Below are positions 62,868 through 64,000 of a stretch of 64,000 nucleotides of DNA, piece after piece. The stretch is from NCBI GenBank assembly GCA_013265495.1, contig MU058844.1:8615490-8679489 (forward strand), given 5' to 3'. A program made the translations under genes and the position numbers. The first letter of the stretch is position 1. Each line of letters begins with the position of its first letter. The notes below the pieces were generated by a model. The model saw nothing but the letters and a program-made list of their open reading frames with translations, ran no database searches and was not told where the DNA came from. This DNA comes from Vicugna vicugna. Lineage: Eukaryota.

Positions 62868-63070
62868 AAGAGAGCAGAGAAGAAAGGAGAAAACGGGAGG
62901 AAGAGAGTGAGATGGAGGTGGAAGATAAGAATGTGGGGGAGGAGGAAAATGAGACAAGGGTGATGGTTGGGATGGGGGGAGTGGTGCAGAGTTGGGAGGG
63001 AAGAGGAGAAGAGAGGAGAGGAAAAGAGGGGAGAGATGGGGGGACAGACAGAGAGAGAGAGAGAGGGAGA
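62868..63070. repeat. Purine-rich (GA/G-rich) low-complexity tract
   Basis: About 200 bp dominated by A/G (ggagaagagaggagaggaaaagaggggagagatggggga...gagagagagagag). Confidence 0.85.
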
Positions 63071-64000
63071 ATGTAACAAAGTAACCAGAGGACAACTGGA
63101 AAGTCTGATAACTGAAATATCCCCATGTGGTGATAATGAGGAGAATAAGAACAGGAACAATAACAGGAAATGTGGTCATCCTTACAACGATACCCTTCTA
63201 CCAAATCTTGGATAGATGACCACCATTTTCTCAAGAAGAAAAATAGACAGGAGTTCCAGGTTCCATGTGTCATGGCAGCTTTCCCTGCAATTAACTTCAG
63301 GTTTTATTCATTGTATTTGAATAGTTAAGATTATTATTAAAGTATAGGTTATTATAACTTAAAATAATAAATCTTAGAGATTATTTATGAATATTTAAAT
63401 TCCTCAATCATATCTTTGGACAAGTTGTCACTTTAAAATTGTCTTTAAAATGATACCTCAAAGTCACTTTTTCACTTTCTTTCTAGAATCATGAATTATA
63501 AATTATAGCATAGAAGTACTTATGAGACAAGACTGAAAAAGAGGTGGTTCATAACATCTTTGAAGTGGTTTTAAATTATTCTAATTTCAGCTTTTGAGTC
63601 CTGATATAATTTTCATTGAAACTATATATCTATATATATAATGAATAGTATAATAAAGGAATGAGGTTGTGAGTTTTTTTTTTTTGAATACTGACCTTTT
63701 AAAAAGATACCAACAAATTTTCATTTACTCAAATTACAGGTATTTAGAAATATAAGTTTCTAGTCTGACAGCAGTATTTGCTTCCTGGGTATGTGCTTCT
63801 TGTAAAACTTATGTGCATATTAATTGATTTATAGTTTTTTTAAAGGTCTATTTTCCTTTGAAATATTAACCAAAAATATCTAACATAGCACGGTATTTTC
63901 TTTTGTTCTTTTACATAAAAAGCAGTAGAAAAAGTATATTTATTTAATTACTAAGTATTTAGAACACCTAATATGTGCCAATTACTGTGTGCTCACTACT

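Noticed and set aside
62825..63273. Four overlapping ORFs of 82-143 aa
   Set aside because: An artefact of the purine/pyrimidine tract, which lacks stop codons.

Overview
This is AT-rich mammalian genomic DNA, intergenic or intronic, and dense in repeats. It is most likely camelid (camel/alpaca/llama), inferred from tRNA-derived SINEs starting GGGGAGGGT(G)TATAGCTCAGTGGTAGAG and from the artiodactyl/camelid-type L1 3' ends. The first ~150 bp are the edge of a CpG island. I found no recognisable protein-coding gene, functional RNA gene or CRISPR array. The only ORFs in the track that I recognise as protein-like are dead L1 ORF2 fragments (44762-45295, 58913-59275, 59482-59781, 47402-47704). The window is a layered transposon fossil record: young L1s and SINEs with target-site duplications (TSDs), MaLR/ERVL LTRs, an ERVL pol remnant, L2/MIR and hAT MITEs. 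It also holds several very old LINE/LTR fossils that can still be read as protein motifs: an RTE-like endonuclease, a CR1/L3 5' half with probable ORF1, a possible RTE-X C-terminus and a possible gypsy gag. The oddest features are an exact 25-bp direct repeat 706 bp apart associated with the RTE-like fossil, and a stop-free 132-bp exon-like segment on the minus strand. I see no convincing evidence for a novel biological system. Repeat family names come from recalled consensus similarity, not a database search, and boundaries without TSDs are approximate.
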